From positions 576,272 through 640,271 of the forward strand of contig NMRA01000204.1 of NCBI GenBank assembly GCA_002633005.1: 64,000 bases of DNA, given 5' to 3'. Below the pieces are notes generated by a model. It worked only from the letters and a program-made list of their open reading frames with translations. It ran no database searches and was not told where the DNA came from. Positions 39,201 to 51,122 of this stretch are shown one piece after another. Position 1 is the first letter of the stretch, and each line of letters starts with the position of its first letter. The stretch comes from Phoronis australis. Taxonomy: Eukaryota; Animalia; Phoronida. The position numbers were made by a program, and so were the translations under genes.

Positions 39201-40293
39201 TATGTACTGAGAACTGTTACACATAACTCACAACACTCTTGTTGAATGTAAACATGATATCTCTTATCATTCAACCACCTTCCTGGTGATATGTACTGAA
39301 TTTCTTATTGTGTTCTACACTGACTGCCCACAACTTTTATTTCTTTCATTATGGCCATTTGTTAAAAATTGCCTTACCTAGAAATACCAGAAATCAATAA
39401 AATAAATCAGATACTAAAATGTAGATTTAGTTTATTTTTGTTTGATGTTGGGGGCTTTTGGCCTTTGATTACAATGTGGCATGACTCTTTAATCTAGATA
39501 ATGTCACATGTATTTGTAGCATGCAATTAAATAAATCAGTTTTGACAGTCATCTAGGGAGTTACTGGTTGAAACTGTTTTCTGCAGTTGAAAATTTGCTG
39601 TAGTTTTAAATTCTTGAATTTTATGCTTCGTCTTCACTATTGTTTTTCTGTTTTAGGTTATGTCCTCTGATGACGGCACTCAGATTGGCAGAATTTCCAA
39701 GCAGTGGACAGGCCTAGTCAAAGAAATGTTCACTGATGCTGACAACTTTGGGGTAGCATTTCCAATGGACTTGGATGTTAATGCTAAGGCTACAATGCTT
39801 GGGGCAGTGTTCCTTATTGTAAGTCTTACAAGATGTCGAATGTCTTCAGCTGAATACAATGGAATTTGAAAAATACATAGTTGTCATTCCATTAATATTG
39901 TGTATTAATTGTGTGTGACAAACATTTAAAGTCTTGTCTGCACGCCACCTGTTGGCCACATCAGACCAGACTTAGTGATCCATATTTCCACGCCAGCTCA
40001 AGATATACATATGAAATGTAAATGGCACGTTGACTAGGAAAATGCATGATATGAATTATTATAACTAAGTGCATTGTTACACTTATTGTCTGAGTTAATT
40101 ATTATGTAATAACCCTTTTAAAGTTATAGGACATAACAGCACCTAATCTGATTATTTCGTCCAGTTTATGTTGAACTAGCGAGAATATGAATTGTTTTTT
40201 TGTGAATTGAAATTTTTTTTCTGTCAATTTTAGGACTTCATGTTCTTTGAGAAGGAAGACAACAAAGAAGAACACAAGGTGGGCATGATGTAG
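33284..40293 (+). CDS. PLSCR: Phospholipid scramblase (PLSCR family): shared exons A-C plus 3' cassette 1 (D1-G1)
   Basis: Exons A 33284-33317, B 33933-34046 ([34 protein letters not shown]), C 34503-34580 ([25 protein letters not shown]), D1 35709-35848, E1 38157-38321, F1 39657-39818 ([31 protein letters not shown]), G1 40234-40293 (DFMFFE...stop). All phases fit; GT-AG introns; AATAAA at 40470 and 41428. Confidence 0.95.
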
Positions 40294-40668
40294 AGTTAGA
40301 AGTGGCTCATACATCTAGGCCAGGCTTCGTGTAGTGTCAGCTGTTTTACCGAGAATTTGTTGGGGGAAAGGAATTGCATGTTGAAAATCTTCTGCAGGAA
40401 AATTGTGCCATGTAATATTGGTTTTGATTTGTCAGTTGATCAAAGTTACTGTTAACTCGATTTGTATCTAATAAACTAACCCCTTGACTCTTGTAAAACT
40501 GGTCTCAACTTGTCCCTTACTTGGTTGAGGAGTGGTTTTTGTCTTGTTATCATGCTGAAGCCTTCTTATTGAACCTGTTCTCAATAACCAAGTGTTGCTT
40601 CTTTCCAAACCCTGTAATCTCTTAGTCTAAGCAAGGAACAAATGACCAGTTTTATTATGGTAAAAAAC

Positions 40669-40922
40669 GATAGAAGTTACTTACTATAAGACTATAAGTT
40701 AGGTGTGCATAACGGCCCTTGTTTACATGACTGATCTTCCAGTCGTTGTTGAACCGGAAGTAATACTTTGTCGTAAATGGGAGGAAGTTGTAGTTCCTGG
40801 TCAAGGTGTTACTTCCGGTTCAACGACGGTGGGAAGATCAGTCAGGTGAACAAGGGTCTGAGCTGCAGGCTCGAAACGTTATGCGTACCTTACTTATAGT
40901 CTTCTAGTAAGTAATTTCTATC
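40669..40922. repeat. Inverted repeat (about 110-bp arms), possibly Penelope-derived
   Basis: GATAGAAGTTACTTACTATAAGACTATAAG...TTGAACCGGAAGTAA pairs with TTACTTCCGGTTCAAC...CTTATAGTCTTCTAGTAAGTAATTTCTATC. The right arm has an extra GGGTCTG-AGCTG-CAGGCTC-GAAAC segment. Confidence 0.85.
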
Positions 40923-42982
40923 ATTTCTTTTCCATCATCACAGAAAACAATGATGAATTATGGACACTTTTAACCATTTTTTTTGTGTCAAGTTTTTGGC
41001 AGGACTGTTTATAGCTCCTTTAATTGATAAGTGCTGTTACAGGTATCTTGTGTAGCATATGCCTATTAAAGTTGTATATTTTGATTCACTCTGTAATTTG
41101 ATTTTAAGAATTTGCAATTTGCCTACATTTTATATATTGAAGTTCTAGTATTTGTGCAAATGTTTGATATGTCTTGTCATTCTTCATTAGTGTTGTTCAT
41201 GTTATAGGGTGTAGCATATCATTTTAAGCCAAAAAGATAATTGGTTCTAGTCTCTTTTGATTCAAGGTGGTGTGGTATTTTTAGATGCTCACTTTTTCAA
41301 ACAAACGAATTCAGGTGGAATGAGCCCAAATGATGCATGATTTGTTTGTTTTTACTCCTCACTTGGCAAATCATAGCGTTTCAAACCTTGCTTACTCTAA
41401 TGTGTGTGCCTTTGTGCAGCTTTTTTGAATAAAACATCACAAAGCCTTTTAGTTGAAATTGATACCAGAGGTTTTTTAGTTGGGGTAAAGACCAAGACCA
41501 ACTTTGCATTTCTTGGCCTTATATTGTATTGGATTGTATATACTGTATAAAATTGTGTTTGAGAAAGATGACACGTTGCCTTGCGACATTGCTTTATTTA
41601 TTCCTGTGCATGCATGTTCATTCACTGTATTTGATCTGTTCTTTGTCCAGTGCCTTTCAACAAAGTAGTTTAGGACTTCAGTTCTATTTCAACTTACAGT
41701 ACTCTTTTTTAAATTTCACGTAAAATTTTATTTCTCCAGTGTGTCCCAGTCTTTGATATTTTAACAACTACCTTTTTAGGTGTCCACATAAGTGACTTTA
41801 AGGTTGAGTTGAAAACATAGGTCATGTAGGTTTAAGTCTCATTACTAGCTAAAAATCCACTTTGGTTCCCAAATGGTTGCTAGGTCAATATGAAGAATAA
41901 GATTTGAATTGTCTGTAATAACACCTACTGGTCTTTGACATTCTTCAGCACCTGGAAGTAAAATAATGCAAAATCAACTATGTTATTTTTACTCCTTAAA
42001 GATGATTTCGTTGTTTTATAGACGGAAGTACTAATATGTCACTGGAGCTGAGATATTTACCACACTTTGGTCAATCTTTGAACTCGACCTTATTCTTTTG
42101 GTTGAAATTTGATTGGGCATAGCTAGGACTATGATGTACCTCTTAGCATTCACTTTTCAGTTCTCTACTGTTAGAAGATAATTTGCTGACAATTTCTGTG
42201 TGTTGATGGGGGTCTCATCAACCTTTTACTGGATATCCCTGTTATTCAGCTTTCTTGAAATTCAAAACTTTGATATTGCACTCTTTGTTAAAAAAAGAAA
42301 TCGGTATCTCAATATTGAGCATTTTCTTATTCTAGTTTTAATGTCTTTCAGTTTCATAAATTAGCTTTAAATGGTTTATTGTGATGCAGCCCCTTTGTAA
42401 TAGTTTTTATCACGGAAAACTTATACCTACATGGTCCTCCTGAGTCTAAGTGAAATGAAGGTTCTCACTGGCATTTTATAATAAGTCGAGTATCTGACAA
42501 AACTTCAAATTTATGGAATCGTTGGATTTGTAACCAGTTTTAGAGGTGTCCGTTAAATTAATATATTTTTAAAAGAAAACGTGATTGTACCTATGTACTC
42601 CTGAAATACAGTTGTCTTTTGAATTGTGGTTTAATGATTTTTAATAGCAGTTCAATTTTGTGCGCAAATTTGACTGTTGCTGCTGGGAGTGAAAAGAAGC
42701 ATTGTCCTTCACGTCACCACCAGTTTAGTTTGTGTGTCATTGTTCCTTGGTTGTTGGCCATTCTTGTTACCATCCCCTGATTACCGTAAATCATATTTAT
42801 ACTGTCTTCTGTCGTTTGTTTCCCAGTGCTGGTCGGACCAATTCTGCTCTGTCAATTAATTTTCGTTCCTTATCGGGGTGCACCTCGGCTATCGACCTCC
42901 CTTCGCCACCCCAAGCTACTGCCGCTTGACTTGCAACAGATTGTATCAGAATGCAGCCATTGGCATGTGTGTATTGTTTTAG

Positions 42983-45208
42983 ATACGGATTGTTTGACTC
43001 GGATGTGCTGTGGCCGCTTTCGTATTTTTGATATGAAAATCTTCGACAACTACGGCAGAGAAGTAATTCATCTGAAACGCCCGTTCAGGAGTGACTCTTG
43101 CTTTTGTCCGTGTTTCCTACAGGTAACTGGTTACTGCAGTTGTTTCGATGCGCGTCACCACACTTCGCAGTACGTAAAAATGCCATTTGGTTCACACTCT
43201 TCTTGCGTTCTCTTCACTGACGTACATTTTACAAATGGTCATGAAATTACCTGAAACAGCGTTGGTGGTTCACACCATGTTAAAACGGAGAGTAAAAGCA
43301 TCTGCTTGTCCACAGTGTGACAGTATTCACATGATACAGCTAAATGCATGTCTAGTCTATGGAATAAAGGAAGTATAGCACACATCCTATTTGAAAACTC
43401 CCTTTTCCTAGAAAAAAATCAACTGCAAAATGTGTGTATCTGTTCATTCCTCAAAATTTAACTTGGGACCTCTCGCGCTCGTGATTACTACGTTAGTACT
43501 AGGCTTCCTCTTCCGTAATTTTGTAGGTCTTCTTAGTTAACGAAATGTCACACAACGCAGCTAACCCATTCACTTTATGTGTTAAGTACTATTCGCTGTG
43601 ATATTTTCTTGTGTTTTTGTAGAATTTTTATGTCTCAATTTTGTCAGGCTGTTTTGTTCACGAATAAACCGTTATGGAGTAAGTCAATCCGAAATCTGAA
43701 TTTCCATGAAACAATTTTCAGGAAATATGGTATACTGTTCACGAGTAAAGAATTGCGTTACTGGACAACGGCGGACGTTGTTCATGAGAACCTCCGTGCG
43801 CATCGTTAGGAAGGATGATTGGCAGCCCTGCCATTGGGCAATTCTTTTTCTGCTTGTGATTGGCGAAAAATCTAGCAATTGTAATTTAACTATTTTTGGC
43901 CGGGCTGAAATCTTCGTTCGATGTGCATCTCTGTCTACGTCGACTGTTTTCAGGAGGTGGAAGTGTGTGCACCGCCTGGTGTTGTCGTAGGTTATGTAAA
44001 ACAAGGCTGGTCCATCATAAAGCCAAAATACTACATTCAGAATGCCGTTAGAGAGACTATGTTGGTTGTCAACGGGCCGTGCTGTACGTGTGCGGTGTGT
44101 GGCGATGTGGAGTTCGAAGTATGTATTATTGTTAGGGGTTGTAAACTTGAGTAAACCATCGGTAGAGTTCAAATTTTGTTGAAAAGATCATGCTTCCACG
44201 AAACCTCACATGACTGAAACATGCCAGCTTCAAAAAAGTGAGAGGCGACATCAGCAGAAAAAGAACACCACTTAGAACTTCATAATAAAAACAAAAAGTG
44301 TTTATTTTACACCCATTTGGGTTGTCGAGAAGAGCTTCAACAATCTGTTCCTTATGGGTGCGCCCATTCGTCCTATCATAGGCAGTAATGATTTGTTTAT
44401 GTATAGAAACACCATGGCGATGTGGCTAAAGGTGGTGCCAAACGCCGGGCTGTGCGGCTAACAACGCTCTGTCTTCAGTGCGCAACCATGGTTATTGCTG
44501 TGTTATTTCACTGTTTGGCTAGGTGCATTCCCAAGATGGGTCTCAACTGGTTGGCAAAATCTGCAAGAAAAGGGGCGGTCTTATGAAGGAGTTATTCACC
44601 GATGCAGACATGTTCTCTGTTGAGTTCCCGTTAAATCTAGACGTGAATGTCAAGGCAATCTTACTTGGGGCCGTCTTCTTAATTGTAAGTAATGAAAATA
44701 CAAGCAGACTAGCTTTCAGTGCAGCTTCCTTGTTTGATGTGCAGGTATATAGTAGGAGGGTTCCCTCATTGCTCTGCCACAGTTATAGTCCTATTGCCGC
44801 AATGAAGAGTGCCACCCTTGGTTTATACACAACAATAGTCAGACCGTGCGGCCTGTGGTCACCAAACCGGATCCGATGATTTAATGCATTAATTGCAGAG
44901 ACACGCCGGGGAAATACTTTTTCCGTATTATGTCAGTAATATTCCACGCATTCACAATTTACCAAGTATTATTGTCAAAACTTTCAACGCCTAACTTCGT
45001 TAGTGGATCTAGGATGTCGTTGGAGGACACATTTCGAAGTACAATTCCAAAAAACGGCATTCCGCGGTCTTTTTGATCGTGACCGCTAAATGAAGCTAGA
45101 GTTCTACACTCTTCATCTTTGTCAATACTTGAGAATTGGTGTTTCCGTTCACAGGACTTCATGTACTTCGAAGAAACTCCGCAAGATGATAATGGAGGTA
45201 TTCTCTAA
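42983..45208 (+). CDS. PLSCR: Phospholipid scramblase 3' cassette 2 (exons D2-G2); no 5' exons of its own found
   Basis: D2 42983-43122 (140 nt, phase-1 start), E2 43954-44118 (165), F2 44523-44684 (162), G2 45155-45208 (DFMYFEETPQDDNGGIL*). D-F lengths equal cassette 1, frames open, splice sites canonical, AATAAA at 45320. Confidence 0.9.
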
Positions 45209-46107
45209 CTGCTTAGCGAGCCCTGTGGACCGTACTGTCGTCCAATGTCGCCCAGGTGCAGCATGAGTCTACTGTTTTCATTTTGTTCTCATTTCCTCTT
45301 TGGTTTGGCATTAAGTGCAAATAAATACCATTTGAAAGTGATACAAATTGTCTTACCGATTTATTTTGTTAAGAAATGTATGCTATTCTTTTCGCTAAAT
45401 TCTTGGGTCCACCTGTACGGAAAAAACGACAGTTAAACCGTCTAACCGAAGGATTTCTATTATGAAGCAGGATTTTCAACTTGTCGAAACTATTTTTAAT
45501 TGGTATCATACGAATGAACCTCATTTGGTCACGGCTGAAAATTCGGCGAAGTTAAGAATCGAGTAAGTCATGAATTTTTGCTTTTAATCCGAACGTGGTT
45601 CAAGGTGTAAATTAAATTTTGACCCCCGTGGAAAAATGACCCAGAATCACTTTTCCAATGGTTCATTTTCCAATAGAATGGTGACAATTTCTAACGTTGA
45701 AAATTGACCCGTTCAGTTAGATAACGACCGCGGCTCCTCACAAGTGAAAAAGTTCCCTCGTTAAAATTTGACCTCCGATTTTGACGTTTGTTGGAGGATG
45801 CTCAGTTACGGCATGAGTCTCACTCTCACACTCGGCGAAACATTGGCGAGTAACAGATGCGGGGGGTGGGCAGGGAACAACTTCCTCTATGAACACTAAA
45901 TAAACCAAACAACAATACCGAGTGAATATCCCTGACCACGGCATAGAGCAAATGGGTTGCATCTCCGGGGACCACTGGCGATTTCACAAGTAAACGACGA
46001 CCACTGACAGCTGCTCGGCGATCGGGACAGTGAACTCAGCAACCAGGGTTCATGGTGTAGCCTATAGCCGGGGGGATTACTCACGGTCGCGTGTCCACAA
46101 GCACTAG

Positions 46108-46153
<46 letters not shown>

Positions 46154-49100
46154 NCTCCCCCCCCCCTGGCTCCCAGGAGGTAGGCCTACTCCAGTATTAA
46201 AGTGACGGGGTGCTCCGCCCGAAAATCAAGTACCCGTGCACCCTTCCGTAGATATTTGCCAGAAGATATCCTTCCGTAGAGAATTTCCAGATAAAGTCAC
46301 CCTTCCGTAGAAAAATCCCACAAAAAGTCTCTTTTTTGCGATCCTGCCGGTGACACTGGTAAACGATACGGGAAATTGATGCACGCCGAGAAACCTGGGG
46401 CGAAAAACTGCATCCCAGCTGCGGATTGCATTCAGGCTGAACTCGTGGAAAGCGGAAATATACTCAGTCTGGTGAGTGAAAGTGATTATCTCTGAAGCTA
46501 CCCTCAGGCAGGTATCACTTAATTTTCCTCGGGAAATTTTTTTACAGGCACCGGCGTTTCTGATTGGCTAGTCGTATTCTTAACAGGCAGCGCATTAAGC
46601 AAACCGTTGACAAACTGGCATGACTGATGGATTGAAGTGTAAATATGGTCTCTTTTTGTACAGACAAATCGGTGCTTCAGTAACTAAGGAACGTGAATCC
46701 TAGAAATTGTTGCGCATTTTCGGAGTACGTCTTTCTTCTGTCGATGACTTTGGTTTACGATACTGTCCTGTATTCTTACCGTATGATTCATTCTGCCAGA
46801 TATGTTTTTATTGTACATGTATGTGCTTCAAGCACGCGGCTATGAAACATTATACTGCAGAAACGAAATAGTTGCTGCGACGCCACTTGCATGATAAGGC
46901 TAAAAATCGTTCACAGTCCGCCATTTTTTCATGGTGTTGTAAAGCTAACCAATGACTGCTGAGGTTACATCAACCAATGCTAAAGCGCGTGCCACTGGGT
47001 GATACCTGCGTGCTGGCTAGGCACGTAGGGAACCAGCGAGGGTGGCTGCCATACTGTCGTAACCGTAAACTGAAAGGGTTTCCCAGATTTCAACCAATGT
47101 GAATGACTGAATGTTATGACGTCATTTTCATTACCAATGAGAAGCCATGATAAACAGCTAGCATCACAGTGCTACCTTAATTCGTAGCTCTGTGAAAGAG
47201 TGTACTCGATCTGAAGCGGGACTAAATCATATCGATCCTTCAGTACAGATTCGTGATGAAAATGGCTGTTCTTTTTGTATTGATTTTTTTGCCAAAATTT
47301 TGAACCCTTTCGTGCAGTCTTAAGACGAAAACGTCTCCTTTCTTCCCGTAAAAGTGATCCTTCCGGGCTGCACATTCTGTTTATAACTACATATGAAAGT
47401 AGCCCCCCGGGCCTGACCCTCTTCTCATTGTTTCGGATGCCCCGGGGGCGTTGCCCCCCTTCTCTGCATGACACTACTGTCTACGGCCTCCTTGATTAGG
47501 GGGCTTAGCTATATCTTGACCCCGGTGGAATCCCGGCGCAATGTCGACGAGAATGACGAACCGTCTTTGTTTTAGAGTAAAAAACCAATGCACTTTTTAA
47601 ATTTAATCCGACTAAGAAACAAGTTGATATTAATCCGGAGCACAATTTTCAAAGGACAGGTCAAAATAGCCCTAAAATGCGCGGTAGGAAGGGTAAACCC
47701 TTCATCGAAAAAATCTTGCGTAGATTCGCCTCTGTACACGCCCGTTTGGCATTGAAATGCAGTAATACGAGACATCGAGCCTGGCGTACTCTACTGTGGC
47801 ACTGCATGGTCCTTGCGGGACGACCGATCACGGCTATAGGTTGGCTGGAGTAGCAAAAATTTCACCGGCTATAAGACGCCAGCGAAAACCGTTTTTTTCC
47901 AAACAAACGAGATGTCTACGAATTGGTCGTTTTCCCCAACACATAATTTGCTTCCCCACCACCCGAATCACTGTTAAGCGAAAGTTATTTCAAAACATCG
48001 CGGAGACAAAACAAAAGCTTGTAACTCCTGCGCACGGTTGTCCTTTGAAGTAAGGGGCCTCTATAAAAGTTCTACCTACAACGCCAATAGTTTTAGGATG
48101 ACGCAGTCCTCCAACAAAACTCCAGCAATTAAAAGTCGTGACTCTGGCTTATTGCGACAGTTTTAACTGTTAAAACATTACTGCAAGCAAAAATGCTAGC
48201 GAAAATGGCTAGAGTTTTAGCCAGTATGTGAACCGTGTACATGTTACCCACAGCATGGATGGCAGCATAGGTCATCAGAGATGTAGTATACCGCCGACCT
48301 GCAGATGTGTGGTCGCCCTATCTTCGGCATCAGACATCTTTTGGTGCACAGCAGAATTGTATGCCGAAACATTTTATTTGTTTAAGTGAACCTACATCAC
48401 AAAAAGCAGCGTGTGCGTCTTTTAAGGTGTACATTTTAAAAACTGTTTCCTGGTCCTTACGTGTGAAATGGGAACAATCACGTAATTTCCCCAACAGAGT
48501 TGAACTGACGGGTTATCTTCTTTTCATTTATTAAATTGTGCTTTCTGAGGTATTTGTGCTTTTCTTTTACGAGCACCAGCGGGTTATGAGGGCTTGAATT
48601 TATTTTTGTTAAAAGGATACTAAACCCTGTTTTGATCGGTTGATTTTCGCCAATTCTCGTTCTGTCACCTGCTAATGCTTCATTGGCGTCAATGTTCCAA
48701 GTTAAAGGCACATAGCCTAATCCCTATGTCACAAATTGAACATTATGGTCCGCCTCAGGTGTGGGTGGTCTTTTCCCACAGTTGCCGTGCAATTCGCTAA
48801 AAGCGTATAAAGCTGGTCACGCTTACCCGTTTAGCAGACTTTGATGGAGATTTAAAAATTTCCTCCAAGTTCTTGAGCGTTGTCTAGGGTTATCTTGTTT
48901 CAGAGAACTGGATGGGAAAATCGTTTTCAGTATCTCAATAGGTCAAAACCGGATTTTGTATCCTTTTAAATTACAAACAATGTTTTTGCTCTATATCATG
49001 TCTATTCACTGAACGGTGTACGTTGTACGAACATATATTGAATCATAGGCAAGTCCAAACTTGAAAGGCAATGCGTAACCCATAATTTGTCCTAAATGCG

Positions 49101-50152
49101 TTCTTTGGATTGTATCGCCCGAGTACAAAGCTGTATTTGGCACCTTAGTAAGAGGTCAGTGCGCACCAGCCTAGAAATCTACTACCAACGCTCTTGTCTT
49201 TCCGCTCGTAGCACAGATAATTATTATATATATAGCACAACCGACACGTATCGCCGGGTTTATGAACGAATAAAATCGGCACACGTTTCGGGCAAAGATC
49301 TTCACAGTGTTATCTCGGATAAATGGGCTACTGTGCAAGCCAACACAAAGAAAAATTATATATGATTACTTTTGTCATCGATGCACGGCCCTTCATCGGG
49401 GCCCCCTTCATCAGAAGACAAATGTTGCGAAAGGCCTTCTTATGGCAACCTGTTCAAAACTACAAAAGGGAGGGACATAAGAAAGTAGAACAGAAGGCCG
49501 GAGAGGAAATGGTTAGAGAGGTAGTGGTTCCTGTGGCCTTGGTACCTGTTCCACGAAACTGACTTAAATTCATCTTTTACTTAAGTCTAAGATTTGTATC
49601 AACTTCCAAACTTTGAAATTTCCACATCCGGTACGATAGTCCAAAATCAAGACTTAATTAAGTAAAAAACTGAAGTCAAACTTAAGATCTCTTTGTTGAA
49701 ACGGTCGTGAGAAAAATTTAAGATTTGCCATAGCCAAGTGAGTGTTGAAAAACAAAATCGATGAGATTTATTTAGATTTGGTGTTATCAAGATTCCTCAT
49801 CAGCGCACAGACCGTGAGGTAATTGTCACTGCTGTAAAATGTCAAGCCCGTGTCTTTATACCAAATGAAGGACTTCTCCTGCCTTAAGCAAATAATTTTT
49901 ACCTGACTGTCATTTATCAGGTTTTACATTGTCTCATTTTATCAGGTTTCAACACATGGGAAGGGGAATTTTTTATACATTTTGAGGATTAATTTCGTCA
50001 CTGGGATTGCAATGTTTAGATCGTTAAAGGGATTGAAGTGTACCTTTAAAAGTTTGAATTCAAGCGGTCTTTCTCAAACAGTGAACCACAAACCATTGCT
50101 AAAATCGTGACTGGTATTTCAACATTTCTATCTTAAATCCGTGTTCTTTCTA

Positions 50153-51122
50153 CAGTGGCGGATCTAGGATATCGCACGGGGGGGGGCCCAACATTTTGTC
50201 CGGCTGTAAGCATTTGCGCAAACCACGATTGTAGATGGGCATAGCACCGAATGGGGGGAGGTCGGGAGGGGGGTTTGCCACCCTCCCGCCCAGGACATTT
50301 TTCTGTTTTTTCCTCTAAAAATCAAACATTTTCCTTGATTCCTGAAGTATTATCCAAGAAAAAAGGCAACGTGTCAAACAGAAAAACTGCAAGCTACCAG
50401 AGACTCGAACTCAAAACCTGGTGAATAGAGCGAGCACGCTTTACCACTACACCACCACGACTTAACTACTGATAGTATACCTAAGAGACCTACTTGTTTA
50501 TGGTCCACAGCGTTTGCGCGCGAAACCTATTTCTTTTTGTAATGCTTATTACACGTTTCATATTTTGTGCAATCGGTTCTTAACAAATTTGTTGTATTTA
50601 AAATAGTCTTCAAATGCCCAAAAGACCAAATCAATTTTTCGTGTTGGCAATAATGACGGGATTGCTTTGGAAATCGTCTTAAGTTAAGGTTTGACAAAGA
50701 CAGACTTATGAGTTTCTGAGTGATTCACTAAGGCTTCGATTTAAATTCACATCTTACCAGCAGCTTCTGTTTTTTCATCGTCACCCACGTTCCATTTTCT
50801 TTAAAAAATGAAGTAAATTTTCTTCATTGCACAGTGGAGCAGACGACGGAAACGGAGCCGTAGTGAGCAGCGCCACTGCCGGTCGCCTGGGATATCGCGG
50901 GAGAGCCTATACTTAGCCATAGTTCCGAATTTGACACTTGAAATTGGATCTGAGCCCCCCCCACAAACACTAAAACTGCACACATTTAAATGTTGTTTCA
51001 TCCGTATAATTTTAATCACCGGGGTTAATTAATAAACTCAACATTTCCCTACGCTCTTGCTGTTTTATTTTTTGCGGCAGCCAAGGGGGGGCCCTGGCCC
51101 CCCTCCCCTAAATCCGCCTATG
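50153..51122 (+). mobile_element. Non-autonomous DNA transposon, imperfect TIR, 5-bp TSD, internal tRNA-like segment
   Basis: CAGTGGCGGATCTAGG ... CCTAAATCCGCCTATG with TTCTA at 50148-50152 and 51123-51127. Minus-strand GGTGTAGTGGTAAAGCG...GAGTTCGAGTC at about 50400-50458. Confidence 0.88.

Noticed and set aside
42521-42540. GGATTTGTAACCA, resembling exon C (GGATTTGAGACCA), upstream of D2
   Set aside because: Short match with no extension, no acceptor and no matching donor; treated as chance.
46108-46167. Long poly-C tract as a G-quadruplex or i-motif element
   Set aside because: Contains an N and is likely a sequencing or assembly artefact at a repeat end; true length unknown.
47778-47800. 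GCCTGGCGTACTCTACTGTG, resembling exon B (GCCTGGAGTACCTCACTATG), as a possible lost 5' exon of cassette 3
   Set aside because: Similarity does not extend, the peptide (SLAYSTVALH) lacks CPPG and DQL, and there are no fitting splice sites.
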